Shown: piece after piece, positions 40,029 to 49,470 of the stretch
Layout of the letters: every line of letters starts with the position of its first letter
Position numbering within the stretch: position 1 is the stretch's first letter
Source of the DNA: an uncultured Gammaproteobacteria bacterium
Lineage (GTDB): Bacteria > Patescibacteriota > Microgenomatia > Levybacterales > UBA12049
Assembly: GCA_964603935.1 (NCBI GenBank)
Contig: CAZRWL010000002.1
Location: 9,210-73,209, forward strand
Reading direction: 5' to 3'
Length of the DNA stretch: 64,000 nucleotides
Notes under the pieces: generated by a model
Told to the model about the DNA's origin: nothing
Databases searched by the model: none
What the model saw: the letters and a program-made list of their open reading frames with translations, nothing else
Program-made: the position numbers and the translations under genes

Positions 40029-41127
40029 TATTAATTATACTTACGATATTTTGAGCCGCGTGCTTACCCGGTAAATTTTTTAATTCTTTTTTGTCTATTT
40101 TATAACTTCCTATGTTACGAAACATAAGTTTTACCGCTTGAAGTAATTTTTTAGAATCAAGTCCATTTTGGTGCAAAACGACAGATAACCCTATTTTTTC
40201 CAAAAACTTGGCATTTTTAAGCTGCTCGTTATTTTGAGAAAAGGGAAGCGGAATGAGAAGTGAAGGTTTCTCAAAATATAAAAGCTCTGTTATCGTATTC
40301 ATACCTGACCGCGCAATAACCAAAGAGGATGAATTTATCAAATCTCCAATTCCTGAAGGGTCAATGAATTTTTCCAAAAGATAATTGCCCCGAAGTTCTT
40401 CAGACATTGTATGCTTGAGTCTTTCCAGGCGGTCAAAATCTCGATATTCATGAGCGTCTCCTGTCTGATGAATAATGTTGTACGATTCCAGAAACTCTTT
40501 CAGCGCCCCTTCTATCAATACGTTGATTGCGTGGGATCCGGAACTTCCTCCCGTAATGTAAATTATTGGCAGTTTATTGTTAAAAACTGATTCTGCAATA
40601 GAAAATGGAGGATTTAAAATTTTAAATTTACGCACAGGATTTCCCGTAAAGACAACTTTATTTTTTGGAAAATATTTCCTGGAAGAATTCCATGATATGC
40701 AAATTTTTCTTGAGAATCGTGAGACAAGCCTGTTGGCAAGGCCTGCCTCCATAGTCTGCTCGTGTATAACAACAGGTATCTTGAGTATAGAGGCGCAAGG
40801 TATTACGGGAATAGAAACATACCCCCCAAACCCTACGACAACATCAGGTTTAAATTTAATTAAGATCAAAAAGGACTTAACGATCCCAAAGGGAAGTTTC
40901 AGCAGGGAAAAAAGAGTAAATCTGGTTAATTTTCTTTGCAGTCTTCCCGTATTCAATCCGACAAAGGGAATTTTTAATTTAGCAATTGTCTCATACTCAA
41001 GAGATAAAGCGTTATCTCCTTCCAAAGCATATTTTCTTCCGATAAAAAGTATTTTTGCATCTTTAGGTAAAGCATCTATCACCGCAAGCGCAGGAGATAA
41101 ATGTCCGCCAATTATCGCAACTTTCAT
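40000..41127 (-). CDS. murG: Undecaprenyldiphospho-muramoylpentapeptide beta-N-acetylglucosaminyltransferase MurG
   Basis: MKVAIIGGHLSPALAV ... ITGGSSGSHAIN. The ORF track extends to 41169 but the conserved N-terminus begins at the internal Met (41127). Confidence 0.8.
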   Translation of the reverse strand: MKVAIIGGHLSPALAVIDALPKDAKILFIGRKYALEGDNALSLEYETIAKLKIPFVGLNTGRLQRKLTRFTLFSLLKLPFGIVKSFLILIKFKPDVVVGFGGYVSIPVIPCASILKIPVVIHEQTMEAGLANRLVSRFSRKICISWNSSRKYFPKNKVVFTGNPVRKFKILNPPFSIAESVFNNKLPIIYITGGSSGSHAINVLIEGALKEFLESYNIIHQTGDAHEYRDFDRLERLKHTMSEELRGNYLLEKFIDPSGIGDLINSSSLVIARSGMNTITELLYFEKPSLLIPLPFSQNNEQLKNAKFLEKIGLSVVLHQNGLDSKKLLQAVKLMFRNIGSYKIDKKELKNLPGKHAAQNIVSIINNVSKDKTQQ

Positions 41128-42191
41128 ATTTTTTGTTTTGAAATATTCAATAATATCCCAACCGCGCAAAGATCAATAATTAATGCCGATCCTCCGTAAG
41201 AGATAAAAGGCAGAGGAATACCGGTTAACGGAACAAGAGCCGTTTGAGCGCCCAAATTGATTATGGTTTGCATTGCCAAAAAAGTTGTTATGCCCGCGGC
41301 CAGAAGTTTGCCAAAGTTATCTTTAGCATGCACTGCTATATAAAAACATTTTGTTATAATAAAAACATAAAATAAAACTAGACAAAATGCGCCTATAAAA
41401 CCCAGTTCTTCCGCGATGATTGCAAAAATTGAATCTGTTGTGCCTTCGGGAAGATAAGCATACTTCTGCAGCGAATTTCCCAGCCCAACACCTGTTATCC
41501 CACCGGATCCCAAAGCAATCAGAATTTGCCTCACATGATAAGATGACGCTTCAACCGATTGATTAATGTTAATAAACGCTTCAAGTCTCTTTGCCCTGTA
41601 AGGAGAAAGCTTTATGAATACATACCCCAAAAATGCCAGCATTGGCAATAACCAAGAAAAATGCAGTAGGCTTGCACCGGACAAAAAATAAATCACTACC
41701 GCTTCGCTTAAAATTACCGCCGCTGTCCCCATATCCGGCTCCAACATTACCAAACTCAAAACCAAACCAATCAATATAAGAAATGCAGGAAGTCTCCCCT
41801 TTTCTTTATTGGAAAACCATGCTGCCAAATAAATGGCAAGCGCAAGCTTGATAAATTCTGCTGGCTGGAGAACGAAAAATCCTGCGTCAATCCAGCGGTT
41901 TGCTCCCAAAAGACTAATCCCGACCCCGGGAATAAAAACCAAAATTAGCAAAACTAGTGCCATAAAAAGTATCGGAAGAGCAAAGAAGTATAGTTTATGA
42001 TAATCAAAAAAAGAAAAAAACCCTAATGCCGCAAATCCCAGCATGACCCAAAAAAATTGATCTTTAACGTAGTGGTATTTATCGGAAAAGTCCCTAAACG
42101 CAACATACGAAGAAACATCATAAATCATAAAAAGCCCAAAAAGAGTAAGGATTATAACCGAAAACAAAAGAAATATGTCTATCTTCTTCAT
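41124..42191 (-). CDS. ftsW: SEDS family cell division protein FtsW
   Basis: SEDS motifs (PEGTTDSIFAIIAEELGFIG), dcw context between mraY and murG. Confidence 0.8.
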   Translation of the reverse strand: MKKIDIFLLFSVIILTLFGLFMIYDVSSYVAFRDFSDKYHYVKDQFFWVMLGFAALGFFSFFDYHKLYFFALPILFMALVLLILVFIPGVGISLLGANRWIDAGFFVLQPAEFIKLALAIYLAAWFSNKEKGRLPAFLILIGLVLSLVMLEPDMGTAAVILSEAVVIYFLSGASLLHFSWLLPMLAFLGYVFIKLSPYRAKRLEAFININQSVEASSYHVRQILIALGSGGITGVGLGNSLQKYAYLPEGTTDSIFAIIAEELGFIGAFCLVLFYVFIITKCFYIAVHAKDNFGKLLAAGITTFLAMQTIINLGAQTALVPLTGIPLPFISYGGSALIIDLCAVGILLNISKQKI

Positions 42192-42209
42192 AGAAGAAAA
42201 TTTGAGCTG

Positions 42210-43253
42210 TTAGCGAATAAACGCTATATAAAGTCCTAGAATTGCAAAAAGAAATCCCAAAAGCCAGCCTCTCATAACAACTTTTGGCTCATTCCAGCCT
42301 ATTCTAAGCAGAAGCAAATGTAAAGGCGAAGCTAAAAACACTTTCCTATGCAGAAACTTTTTGGCCAAAATTTGAATAAGGGAAGACGAAATTTCCAAAA
42401 CAAATACTCCTCCAATAAATGCAAGGGCAATTACTTTTCCCGTCAAAAGTCCTATAATCGCTAAAATTGCTCCAAGAGACAAAGCTCCCACATCTCCAAG
42501 CCAAATTCTTGCTTTATAAATGTTAAAATACAGAAACGCTCCGACACTGCCCATCAATAATGCTATGAAAATTCCCAAAGGTTGATCGAGCTGATTGGAA
42601 GTAATTGCCAGAAATGCCGCAAGACAGATAAGAAGAAGTCCCGATGCCAACCCATCCAATCCATCGGCAATATTAAACGCATTAGCAAAAGCAACTATAA
42701 CAAAAGCTGCGAAAGGAATAAATAAAAAGCCAAGCGATGCCAAGCCAAAACCTCTGATAAAAATATAAGAATATCCCAGTTGATAATACAAAATTGAAGC
42801 CGCGGTAAGAGCCAATGCCCACTGGATTATGAATTTGTGCCTGAATCTTAAGCCAAAAAATGCTTTATTCCCGCTAACCAGCTTCTTTAAGTCATCATAA
42901 AATCCCAATGCGCCAAAACCTATAAAAGTAAACATAATTACAAATAATTCCCATGGATTAATATTCGTGCCTAATATTCCAAACGCCCAAAAGGTTAATA
43001 CGCAAACAACAGCGATAATCAATATTCCTCCGCCAAAAGGCGTACCTGCTTTCCAATTATTGTATTTATCAAAAGTGGGAGTGGGTTTATCGAACATGTC
43101 AACGGTTTTCTGCTTCGCTCTCCTAAACTTCATCTTATACAAAAAGTCTATAAAAGGTATTAGGAGAACTCCGGTTATAAAAAGCGATAAAAGGACAAGA
43201 CCCAAAAGCTGCGCCATAAAGGATATTATACTATCCTGAAGATTTATATACAA
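42210..43253 (-). CDS. mraY: Phospho-N-acetylmuramoyl-pentapeptide transferase MraY
   Basis: NAFNIADGLDGLASG motif, 10 TM helices. Confidence 0.9.
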   Translation of the reverse strand: MYINLQDSIISFMAQLLGLVLLSLFITGVLLIPFIDFLYKMKFRRAKQKTVDMFDKPTPTFDKYNNWKAGTPFGGGILIIAVVCVLTFWAFGILGTNINPWELFVIMFTFIGFGALGFYDDLKKLVSGNKAFFGLRFRHKFIIQWALALTAASILYYQLGYSYIFIRGFGLASLGFLFIPFAAFVIVAFANAFNIADGLDGLASGLLLICLAAFLAITSNQLDQPLGIFIALLMGSVGAFLYFNIYKARIWLGDVGALSLGAILAIIGLLTGKVIALAFIGGVFVLEISSSLIQILAKKFLHRKVFLASPLHLLLLRIGWNEPKVVMRGWLLGFLFAILGLYIAFIR

Positions 43254-43254
43254 A

Positions 43255-45018
43255 TTACTTGACTGTAACGGATTTTGCGAGGTTGCGGGGCTTGTCAGGA
43301 TCTTTAATTCCCCGCTTTAATGCTAAGTAATAAGCTAAAAGCTGGGAAATTACAATCTGCGGAATAATTGTCGCATCTCCAACATCAGAAGTTTTTAAAA
43401 ATCTGTCGAAAACATTATTATTTTTAGGCCCTACGCCTACGATAAATCCCCCTCGCGCTCTTATTTCCTGCGCATTGGAAACTATATCATCATATGTCTC
43501 ATCATTGGGAGCAAATACGATACAGGGTGTTCCTTTTTCAATAAGCGCAATGACTCCATGCTTTAATTCTCCGCCCGCAAAACCTTCCGCATGAATGCAT
43601 GCAGTTTCTTTTATTTTCAAAGTTGCTTCAAGCGCTGTTGCATAAGACAATCCCCGTCCTATAACGTATATGTGCTCTTTATTTTTTAATTGATCTGCTA
43701 CCTCTTTCAAATTCTTCTCAAATTTTTCTTTCAAAATCTCTTTCACGTTTTCCGACGCTCTTAATAGAAGATTTTTACCTTGTGTTTGTTTTTTTACCAA
43801 AGAATAAGCTGCCAGAATTAAAACAGATATCATAGCAATAAAAGATTTGGTTGCGATAACTGCTTTTTCCTGACCAGCTCCAAGAAGAATTTTATAATCT
43901 GCCTGCCTATACAAAGTGGACCCTAATACATTTACAATTGCGGCAATCTTGGCACCCTTCCTTTTGGCGTTAGTAACAGGGTCAACAACATCAATTGTTT
44001 CTCCGCTTTGAGAAATTGCAATCACCAAACTTCTGTCTGTCAAGTAATCTTCCAAATAATTGAATTCCGAACCAATCGTGAAATTAACGTGTTTTTTTGC
44101 GACTCTTGAAAAAAGGTAGGTTCCTGCCAGCGCGGAATATGAGGCAGTACCGCATCCAAGCATAAAAGTTCCAAAAGCGCTTTTAATTAATTTTGTGAGA
44201 TGATTTATTTCCGCTGTGTAATTAAGCGCTATATTTTCGATAACCCTTGGCTGTTCATTTATCTCCTTTAACAAAAAGTGCTCGTACTTTCCCCTCTCTG
44301 TTTCTTCAAATTTCCAGTCCAACGTATGAAAATTTGGCTTAATTTCTTCACCCCTTGGTAAACTTATAAGCTTTAGTTTTTCTCCAAGGATAACCATTTG
44401 ATTATCTTCAAGAAAAATCACTCTTTGCGTATACTTGACAATCGCGGAGGCATCGGACGCTACAAATAATTCGTTTTTCCCAATTCCAACCACAAGAGGG
44501 GATCCTGTCTTAGCTGCAACTATTTCTTTTGATACTGCGTTTACGACAACAACGGCATTTAGCCCTTTGAGAGCATTAAATGCGTCTCTGACTGAAGATG
44601 AAAAACCTTCGCGTTTGAGATTTTCCTCAACAAGATGCGGAATTACTTCCGTATCTGTTTCTGAAATAAACTTATGTCCGTTATCGATAAGTTTCTGTTT
44701 TAATTCCTGAAAATTTTCAACAATTCCATTATGAACAACTGCTATTGACTTCGCGCAATCAAGATGGGGATGGGAATTTCCGACAGTTACGCCCCCATGA
44801 GTCGCCCAACGGGTATGGCCAATTCCAAGAGGACTTGCCGGTAAATTTATCTTTGCGGAGCCTATTTTCCCAACATGCTTATCTATCTCCAGCCTCTTGT
44901 CTTTCTTAACTGCAACTCCCCAAGAGTCATAACCTCTGTATTCGAGAAGCTTTAATCCTTCAAGAACAATATTTGCCGCTTTATCCTGATGGCCGACATA
45001 TGCAAAAATTCCGCACAT
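43255..45018 (-). CDS. glmS: Glutamine--fructose-6-phosphate aminotransferase GlmS
   Basis: MCGIFAYVG N-terminal Cys amidotransferase, two SIS domains, C-terminal ...AKSVTVK. Confidence 0.9.
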   Translation of the reverse strand: MCGIFAYVGHQDKAANIVLEGLKLLEYRGYDSWGVAVKKDKRLEIDKHVGKIGSAKINLPASPLGIGHTRWATHGGVTVGNSHPHLDCAKSIAVVHNGIVENFQELKQKLIDNGHKFISETDTEVIPHLVEENLKREGFSSSVRDAFNALKGLNAVVVVNAVSKEIVAAKTGSPLVVGIGKNELFVASDASAIVKYTQRVIFLEDNQMVILGEKLKLISLPRGEEIKPNFHTLDWKFEETERGKYEHFLLKEINEQPRVIENIALNYTAEINHLTKLIKSAFGTFMLGCGTASYSALAGTYLFSRVAKKHVNFTIGSEFNYLEDYLTDRSLVIAISQSGETIDVVDPVTNAKRKGAKIAAIVNVLGSTLYRQADYKILLGAGQEKAVIATKSFIAMISVLILAAYSLVKKQTQGKNLLLRASENVKEILKEKFEKNLKEVADQLKNKEHIYVIGRGLSYATALEATLKIKETACIHAEGFAGGELKHGVIALIEKGTPCIVFAPNDETYDDIVSNAQEIRARGGFIVGVGPKNNNVFDRFLKTSDVGDATIIPQIVISQLLAYYLALKRGIKDPDKPRNLAKSVTVK

Positions 45019-45021
45019 AAA

Positions 45022-46749
45022 CTATGCTTTGCGAATAATCGAAAGTATATCCGATAAATTTTTAATTTCCGCATCGGGCTTAAATCCTTCTAATTCTTTT
45101 TGACTTTCCGCAAAAGGGCCGCGTTTAATCCAAATTGCAACAACAGAAGGCATTAACATTTTGGCATTATATAAAATCGTTAGCTTATCGTCTACCAAAA
45201 AAAATTCTCTTCCCGCATATTTATCCAAAACATGTTGTAAATTATCTTCTTTGGCAAGAAAAATGTGAACATCGTTTTCCTCAAAATGAGAATGAATAAA
45301 GGTCTTTTTGAGTTTACCCCTCTGAAAATTATTTTCTCCTTCAGAAAAAATCCCAATCTCTGCAAAATCTTTCATTTTCTCCAAAATACTTTTTACCTCA
45401 GCGTATAACCTATATTCCGTAAGTCCGCTTTTTTTAAAAGTCTTCGTATCAAAAAGCGTATAGTCAATATCAAAGAGTACAACCGGTTTCTTAACCTCTC
45501 TTTTGCTTACAATCTCTTTAAAAACCGTGTAATATTTTGTATTGTCCGAAATGTTGCCCATAACAGTTGTGCTTGCGCCCACAACAACATTTCTTCCGAT
45601 AATTACGCCAGGCATGGTTGTAACTTTTATTCCCATATTGCAATTTTCCCCAACCATAACGCCCAACATCTTAAGCATTGTGTCAGCTTTTTCCCCCTTA
45701 ACATCAACTTTAACATTTGCCCTGTCAAGCCTAACATTCGCAGTAAGGAAACCTGCCGCAATTTTGCAGTTTTGCCCAATTACGCTATCGCCTATATATC
45801 CCGAGTGAGTTGTTGAATTCCGCATCACAATGCTATTTTTAATTTCCATGTTTGCGCCAACAACCGCATTTCCCCCTATGTCCACTCCGCCTCTTAAAAC
45901 GGCGTTATTGCCAATGAAAGCATTTTCCCCAATGTAGCACGGTCCTTTTATAACAACGTTTTCCATTATGGAAACCCCATCGCCTATAAAGACCTCGCCG
46001 GCCAATTCAGCGCTTTTTGCTACAGATGAATTTTTGCCTACAAATTTTTCGACATTTTTTAAGAGGTAATTTTTGACATCCAGCAAATCCCACGGATATT
46101 TTAAAGTAATCAAATCATCTTTTGTTTCAACAAAAGTAACCATATTCTTTTTACAATATGCTGTAATTGCTTTTTCCAACTGATAGTGTTCCGGAGGCGT
46201 ATTTTTGAGTATTTTCAAGAAATCACAAGACAAAAGATAAATTCCAACCACGCACAAATTGGAAGGTTCTGTTCCTTTAGCTGGTTTTTCTGTAATTCCT
46301 AAAACTTGATTTTTTTCAAATTTCAAAACACCATGTATCTGTGTATTTTCTTTTTGCTTTACCAAAATAACAGCCTTTGATCTATTCGCTAACTTGCTCC
46401 TCGAAAGAGAATTAGCGAATCTATAAGCGTCAATTCTGTGAGCATTCAGTAATAAAAAATTTTCTTTTATTTTTTGTTCTGCCAAAAGCAAAGCGTTGCC
46501 GGCGCCCAAAGGCTCGGACTGAACAACATAATCTATCGATACTCCAAAATTTTTACCGTCCCCAAAGTATCCCTTAATTACGTTATCCTTGCCAACTATT
46601 AGCACTATCTTTTTTATATTTTCTTTTTTCAGCCCTTTAATGGTGTGCTCCAGAATGGGCTTACCCAAAACCCTTACCATTGATTTGTGGACGCTATTGA
46701 AAGGATGAAACCTTGATGATTCTCCCGCTGCCAAAATAATTGCTTGCAT
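45022..46749 (-). CDS. glmU: GlmU-like bifunctional sugar-1-phosphate nucleotidyltransferase / left-handed beta-helix acetyltransferase with an extra C-terminal HAD-like hydrolase domain (tripartite fusion)
   Basis: N-terminus AIILAAGESSRF (NTP-transferase). Middle hexapeptide repeats (IGDGVSI...IGENAFIGNNAVL...). C-terminal ~165 aa with HAD motifs I FDIDYTLFD, II IGIFSEG, III K, IV LVDDK. Confidence 0.7.
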   Translation of the reverse strand: MQAIILAAGESSRFHPFNSVHKSMVRVLGKPILEHTIKGLKKENIKKIVLIVGKDNVIKGYFGDGKNFGVSIDYVVQSEPLGAGNALLLAEQKIKENFLLLNAHRIDAYRFANSLSRSKLANRSKAVILVKQKENTQIHGVLKFEKNQVLGITEKPAKGTEPSNLCVVGIYLLSCDFLKILKNTPPEHYQLEKAITAYCKKNMVTFVETKDDLITLKYPWDLLDVKNYLLKNVEKFVGKNSSVAKSAELAGEVFIGDGVSIMENVVIKGPCYIGENAFIGNNAVLRGGVDIGGNAVVGANMEIKNSIVMRNSTTHSGYIGDSVIGQNCKIAAGFLTANVRLDRANVKVDVKGEKADTMLKMLGVMVGENCNMGIKVTTMPGVIIGRNVVVGASTTVMGNISDNTKYYTVFKEIVSKREVKKPVVLFDIDYTLFDTKTFKKSGLTEYRLYAEVKSILEKMKDFAEIGIFSEGENNFQRGKLKKTFIHSHFEENDVHIFLAKEDNLQHVLDKYAGREFFLVDDKLTILYNAKMLMPSVVAIWIKRGPFAESQKELEGFKPDAEIKNLSDILSIIRKA

Positions 46750-46762
46750 AATTTATCTCGCT

Positions 46763-48097
46763 TCAACTAACTTTCTTTATATCTGCTCCCAAACTCTTAA
46801 GTCTTTCTTCGAATTTTTCATATCCCCTGTCTAAGTGCTCTGCCCCAAAAATAACGCTTTCTCCCTTTGCTACTAATCCTGCCAATACGAGAGTTGCCCC
46901 TGCTCTCAAATCGGATATTTCAACAACGCCGTTATGTAATTTTGAAGGACCGGATATTTTTATTGCGTGAAAATAATCCAGATTCCGATCCTTAAGGTTA
47001 AAATTATAGACTCTTTCAGGATTCTTGACATCGGGATTGAAGAATGAAATATTAGCTCCCATTTTTTTAAGCTCCTTTACATAGCCAAAACGGCTTTCGT
47101 AAACTGTTTCGTGTATCAAAGACACGCCTTTTGCCTGCGTCATAAGAACAGCCCATGGACCTTGCCAATCTGTCATAAATCCAGGGTAATTTGACGTCTC
47201 AACATCAACGCCCGCCAACTCTCCTTTGTGGAAAAATCTTATTCCGTCCCTGCTCCTCGTTACTCCTCCTCCGACCAACTCAAGTCTTTGAATAAACGGC
47301 GAAAGATCAACATTCTGCGCACCTTTAATAAGCACATCTCCTTTTGTAATAACCGCTGCTATTGCCAAAGTAACAATTTCATTTCTGTCCGGCCCTATTG
47401 CAAATTCGGTTCCCATTAGCCTATCCACTCCATGTATGACAACTGTTCTTTCCTCTGTTCTTAGGATTTTAGCTCCCATCTGATTCAGGAGATTGATAAG
47501 CTCATCAACTTCAGGCTCTGCAGCAGCATTTTCCAATATTGTTTTCGTATCCTTCAGAAGTACCGCAACCATAATCAATGTTTCCGTACCCGTATGCGTG
47601 CTTTTTTCAAATTTATAGCATATTTCTTTTCTCCTTGAATTATCATTTCTTTTAAGGTAAAAAAAACCATCATTTCTTTTATACGAAACCGAATAGCCCA
47701 TTTTTTCAAGACCCTTTATTGTTCTGTCTATTGGCCTTGCGCCTATTCTGCATCCGCCGGGATTTGGAATAACTGCTTTTCCCACACGAGCTAATAACGG
47801 AGATAGAAACATAGCTGAAGTTCTTATTTTTGCAGCATCAATCAATGAAATTCTCTCCTTTTTAAATTGCTTCATACGGATACGCACAGCATGATCCGCA
47901 ATTTCTGCTTTTCCGCCTAATTCTCTTATTATCGCGATCATCACCATAAAATCAGAGATAAGAGGAACATTTTTTATAATCACTTCTTCGTCTGTCAGAC
48001 ATGCAGCAACCAAAGCTTTTAGAGCAACGTTTTTTGCCCCTGAAACCCCAATTGTGCCCACCAGCTTCTTCTCCCCGCTTACCATTATCTTTCCCAT
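46763..48097 (-). CDS. murA: UDP-N-acetylglucosamine 1-carboxyvinyltransferase MurA
   Basis: KLVGTIGVSGAKNVALKALVAACL N-terminus and EPSP-synthase-like fold length. Confidence 0.85.
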   Translation of the reverse strand: MGKIMVSGEKKLVGTIGVSGAKNVALKALVAACLTDEEVIIKNVPLISDFMVMIAIIRELGGKAEIADHAVRIRMKQFKKERISLIDAAKIRTSAMFLSPLLARVGKAVIPNPGGCRIGARPIDRTIKGLEKMGYSVSYKRNDGFFYLKRNDNSRRKEICYKFEKSTHTGTETLIMVAVLLKDTKTILENAAAEPEVDELINLLNQMGAKILRTEERTVVIHGVDRLMGTEFAIGPDRNEIVTLAIAAVITKGDVLIKGAQNVDLSPFIQRLELVGGGVTRSRDGIRFFHKGELAGVDVETSNYPGFMTDWQGPWAVLMTQAKGVSLIHETVYESRFGYVKELKKMGANISFFNPDVKNPERVYNFNLKDRNLDYFHAIKISGPSKLHNGVVEISDLRAGATLVLAGLVAKGESVIFGAEHLDRGYEKFEERLKSLGADIKKVS

Positions 48098-48102
48098 AAT
48101 TC

Positions 48103-49470
48103 TTAGTTCCTAACCCTTAATCCTTCGCTTATCTTATAAACATCCCCTGCGCCCATGGTAATAATTACAGTATTGCTCCCAAAGACTTGATTATTTACGT
48201 ATTTTATCACATCGGGAAGCGCAGGCAAAAATATAGCCTCTTTTCCTCTTGTTTTTATTTTTTCTGTCAAATTTTGCATTGAAACTGTCAAGTCAGGCTT
48301 TTCCCTTAGGGAGGAGTAAATATTGGTTAAAATTACAGCATTAACCTCATCAAATGCGGTAATAAATTGTTCGAACAATGATTTTGTTCTGGAATATGTA
48401 TGCGGCTGGAAAATACAGACTATTCTTGATCTTGGAAACTTTTCCCTAAAGGCTTTCAAAGTTTTTTTAATTTCGGTTGGATGATGAGCATAATCATCAA
48501 AGACTAATGCTCCCGAACTCAATGTTCCAACAAATTCCGATCTTCTTTTTGATCCTTTAAATCCCACTAATCCGTTTTTAATCTGCTCTCTTGACAAGCC
48601 AACTTCCAAGCCAACGATAAAAGCAGCTGTTGCGTTTAATCGATTGTGTTCTCCAAGAACAGAAAGTTCAACACCTTTTAAGACATCGCTTACAACATAA
48701 TCATTCTGCATTGCAGAACCATAAGTAATTTTTCTGCCTTTAAATTCGGAAAGTAGTTTTTTTACTTGAGGATCGTCTCCGCACGTAATCAAAATTCCGT
48801 CATGAGGCAGCTGATTGGCAAAAGCAAGAAATTTTTCCCGCGTGTCATCCAAAGAACTATAAGCATCGGGGTGGTCAAACTCTATATTCGTAATGACTGC
48901 AATTTTAGGATGCTGCCACATATGTTTTATAGTTTTGTCGTATACAGGCTCTGTCATGTATTCATCCGCTTCCGCTACGAAATAAACGCCTTTTCCGTAA
49001 TGTCCGGGCGCTCCAAGAGAAGCAGCGTTTGCAGTACCCATCAAAAAAGAAGGATCTTCTTCGCTTATCTTTAAAATTGTGGCAATCATGGCAGTAGTCG
49101 TTGTTTTTCCATGGGTTCCGGTTACAGAAATTCCCGTAAATTTTCTTCCAAAAATAGCTCCATCCATAAAAACCCCCACTGCTTCTCCTTGAGTCAAGAC
49201 TTTAATATTTTTTCTTCTTGCCTCCAACACCTCAACGTTATTAAATCCTCCATGCGCCCCAGTTGCAATAATTAAATCAGGACTTTTTATGTGATCTTTT
49301 GAAAACCCAACAAGAGGAATAATTTCTGTTTTTTTTAATGCCTCATCTGTAATAAATTCATCTGAGATGTCTGATCCTGAAACTTCAATGCCTGCTTCTT
49401 TCGCGATAATGGCCAAAGGCGTCATGCCAACCCCTTTTATTCCGACAAAATGTATTGATTTGACTTTCAT
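48103..49470 (-). CDS. murC: UDP-N-acetylmuramate--L-alanine ligase MurC
   Basis: IHFVGIKGVGMTPLAIIAKEAGIEVSGSD (MurC N-terminal signature), GTHGKTTTTAMI P-loop. Confidence 0.8.
   Translation of the reverse strand: MKVKSIHFVGIKGVGMTPLAIIAKEAGIEVSGSDISDEFITDEALKKTEIIPLVGFSKDHIKSPDLIIATGAHGGFNNVEVLEARRKNIKVLTQGEAVGVFMDGAIFGRKFTGISVTGTHGKTTTTAMIATILKISEEDPSFLMGTANAASLGAPGHYGKGVYFVAEADEYMTEPVYDKTIKHMWQHPKIAVITNIEFDHPDAYSSLDDTREKFLAFANQLPHDGILITCGDDPQVKKLLSEFKGRKITYGSAMQNDYVVSDVLKGVELSVLGEHNRLNATAAFIVGLEVGLSREQIKNGLVGFKGSKRRSEFVGTLSSGALVFDDYAHHPTEIKKTLKAFREKFPRSRIVCIFQPHTYSRTKSLFEQFITAFDEVNAVILTNIYSSLREKPDLTVSMQNLTEKIKTRGKEAIFLPALPDVIKYVNNQVFGSNTVIITMGAGDVYKISEGLRVRN

Noticed and set aside
40577-41179. 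200-aa plus-strand ORF inside murG
   Set aside because: It is antisense to murG. The murG frame carries the G-loop signature.
45018-45022. glmS ribozyme upstream of glmS
   Set aside because: glmS starts 3 nt after the stop of the upstream glmU-like gene, so there is no room for a ~170-nt ribozyme.
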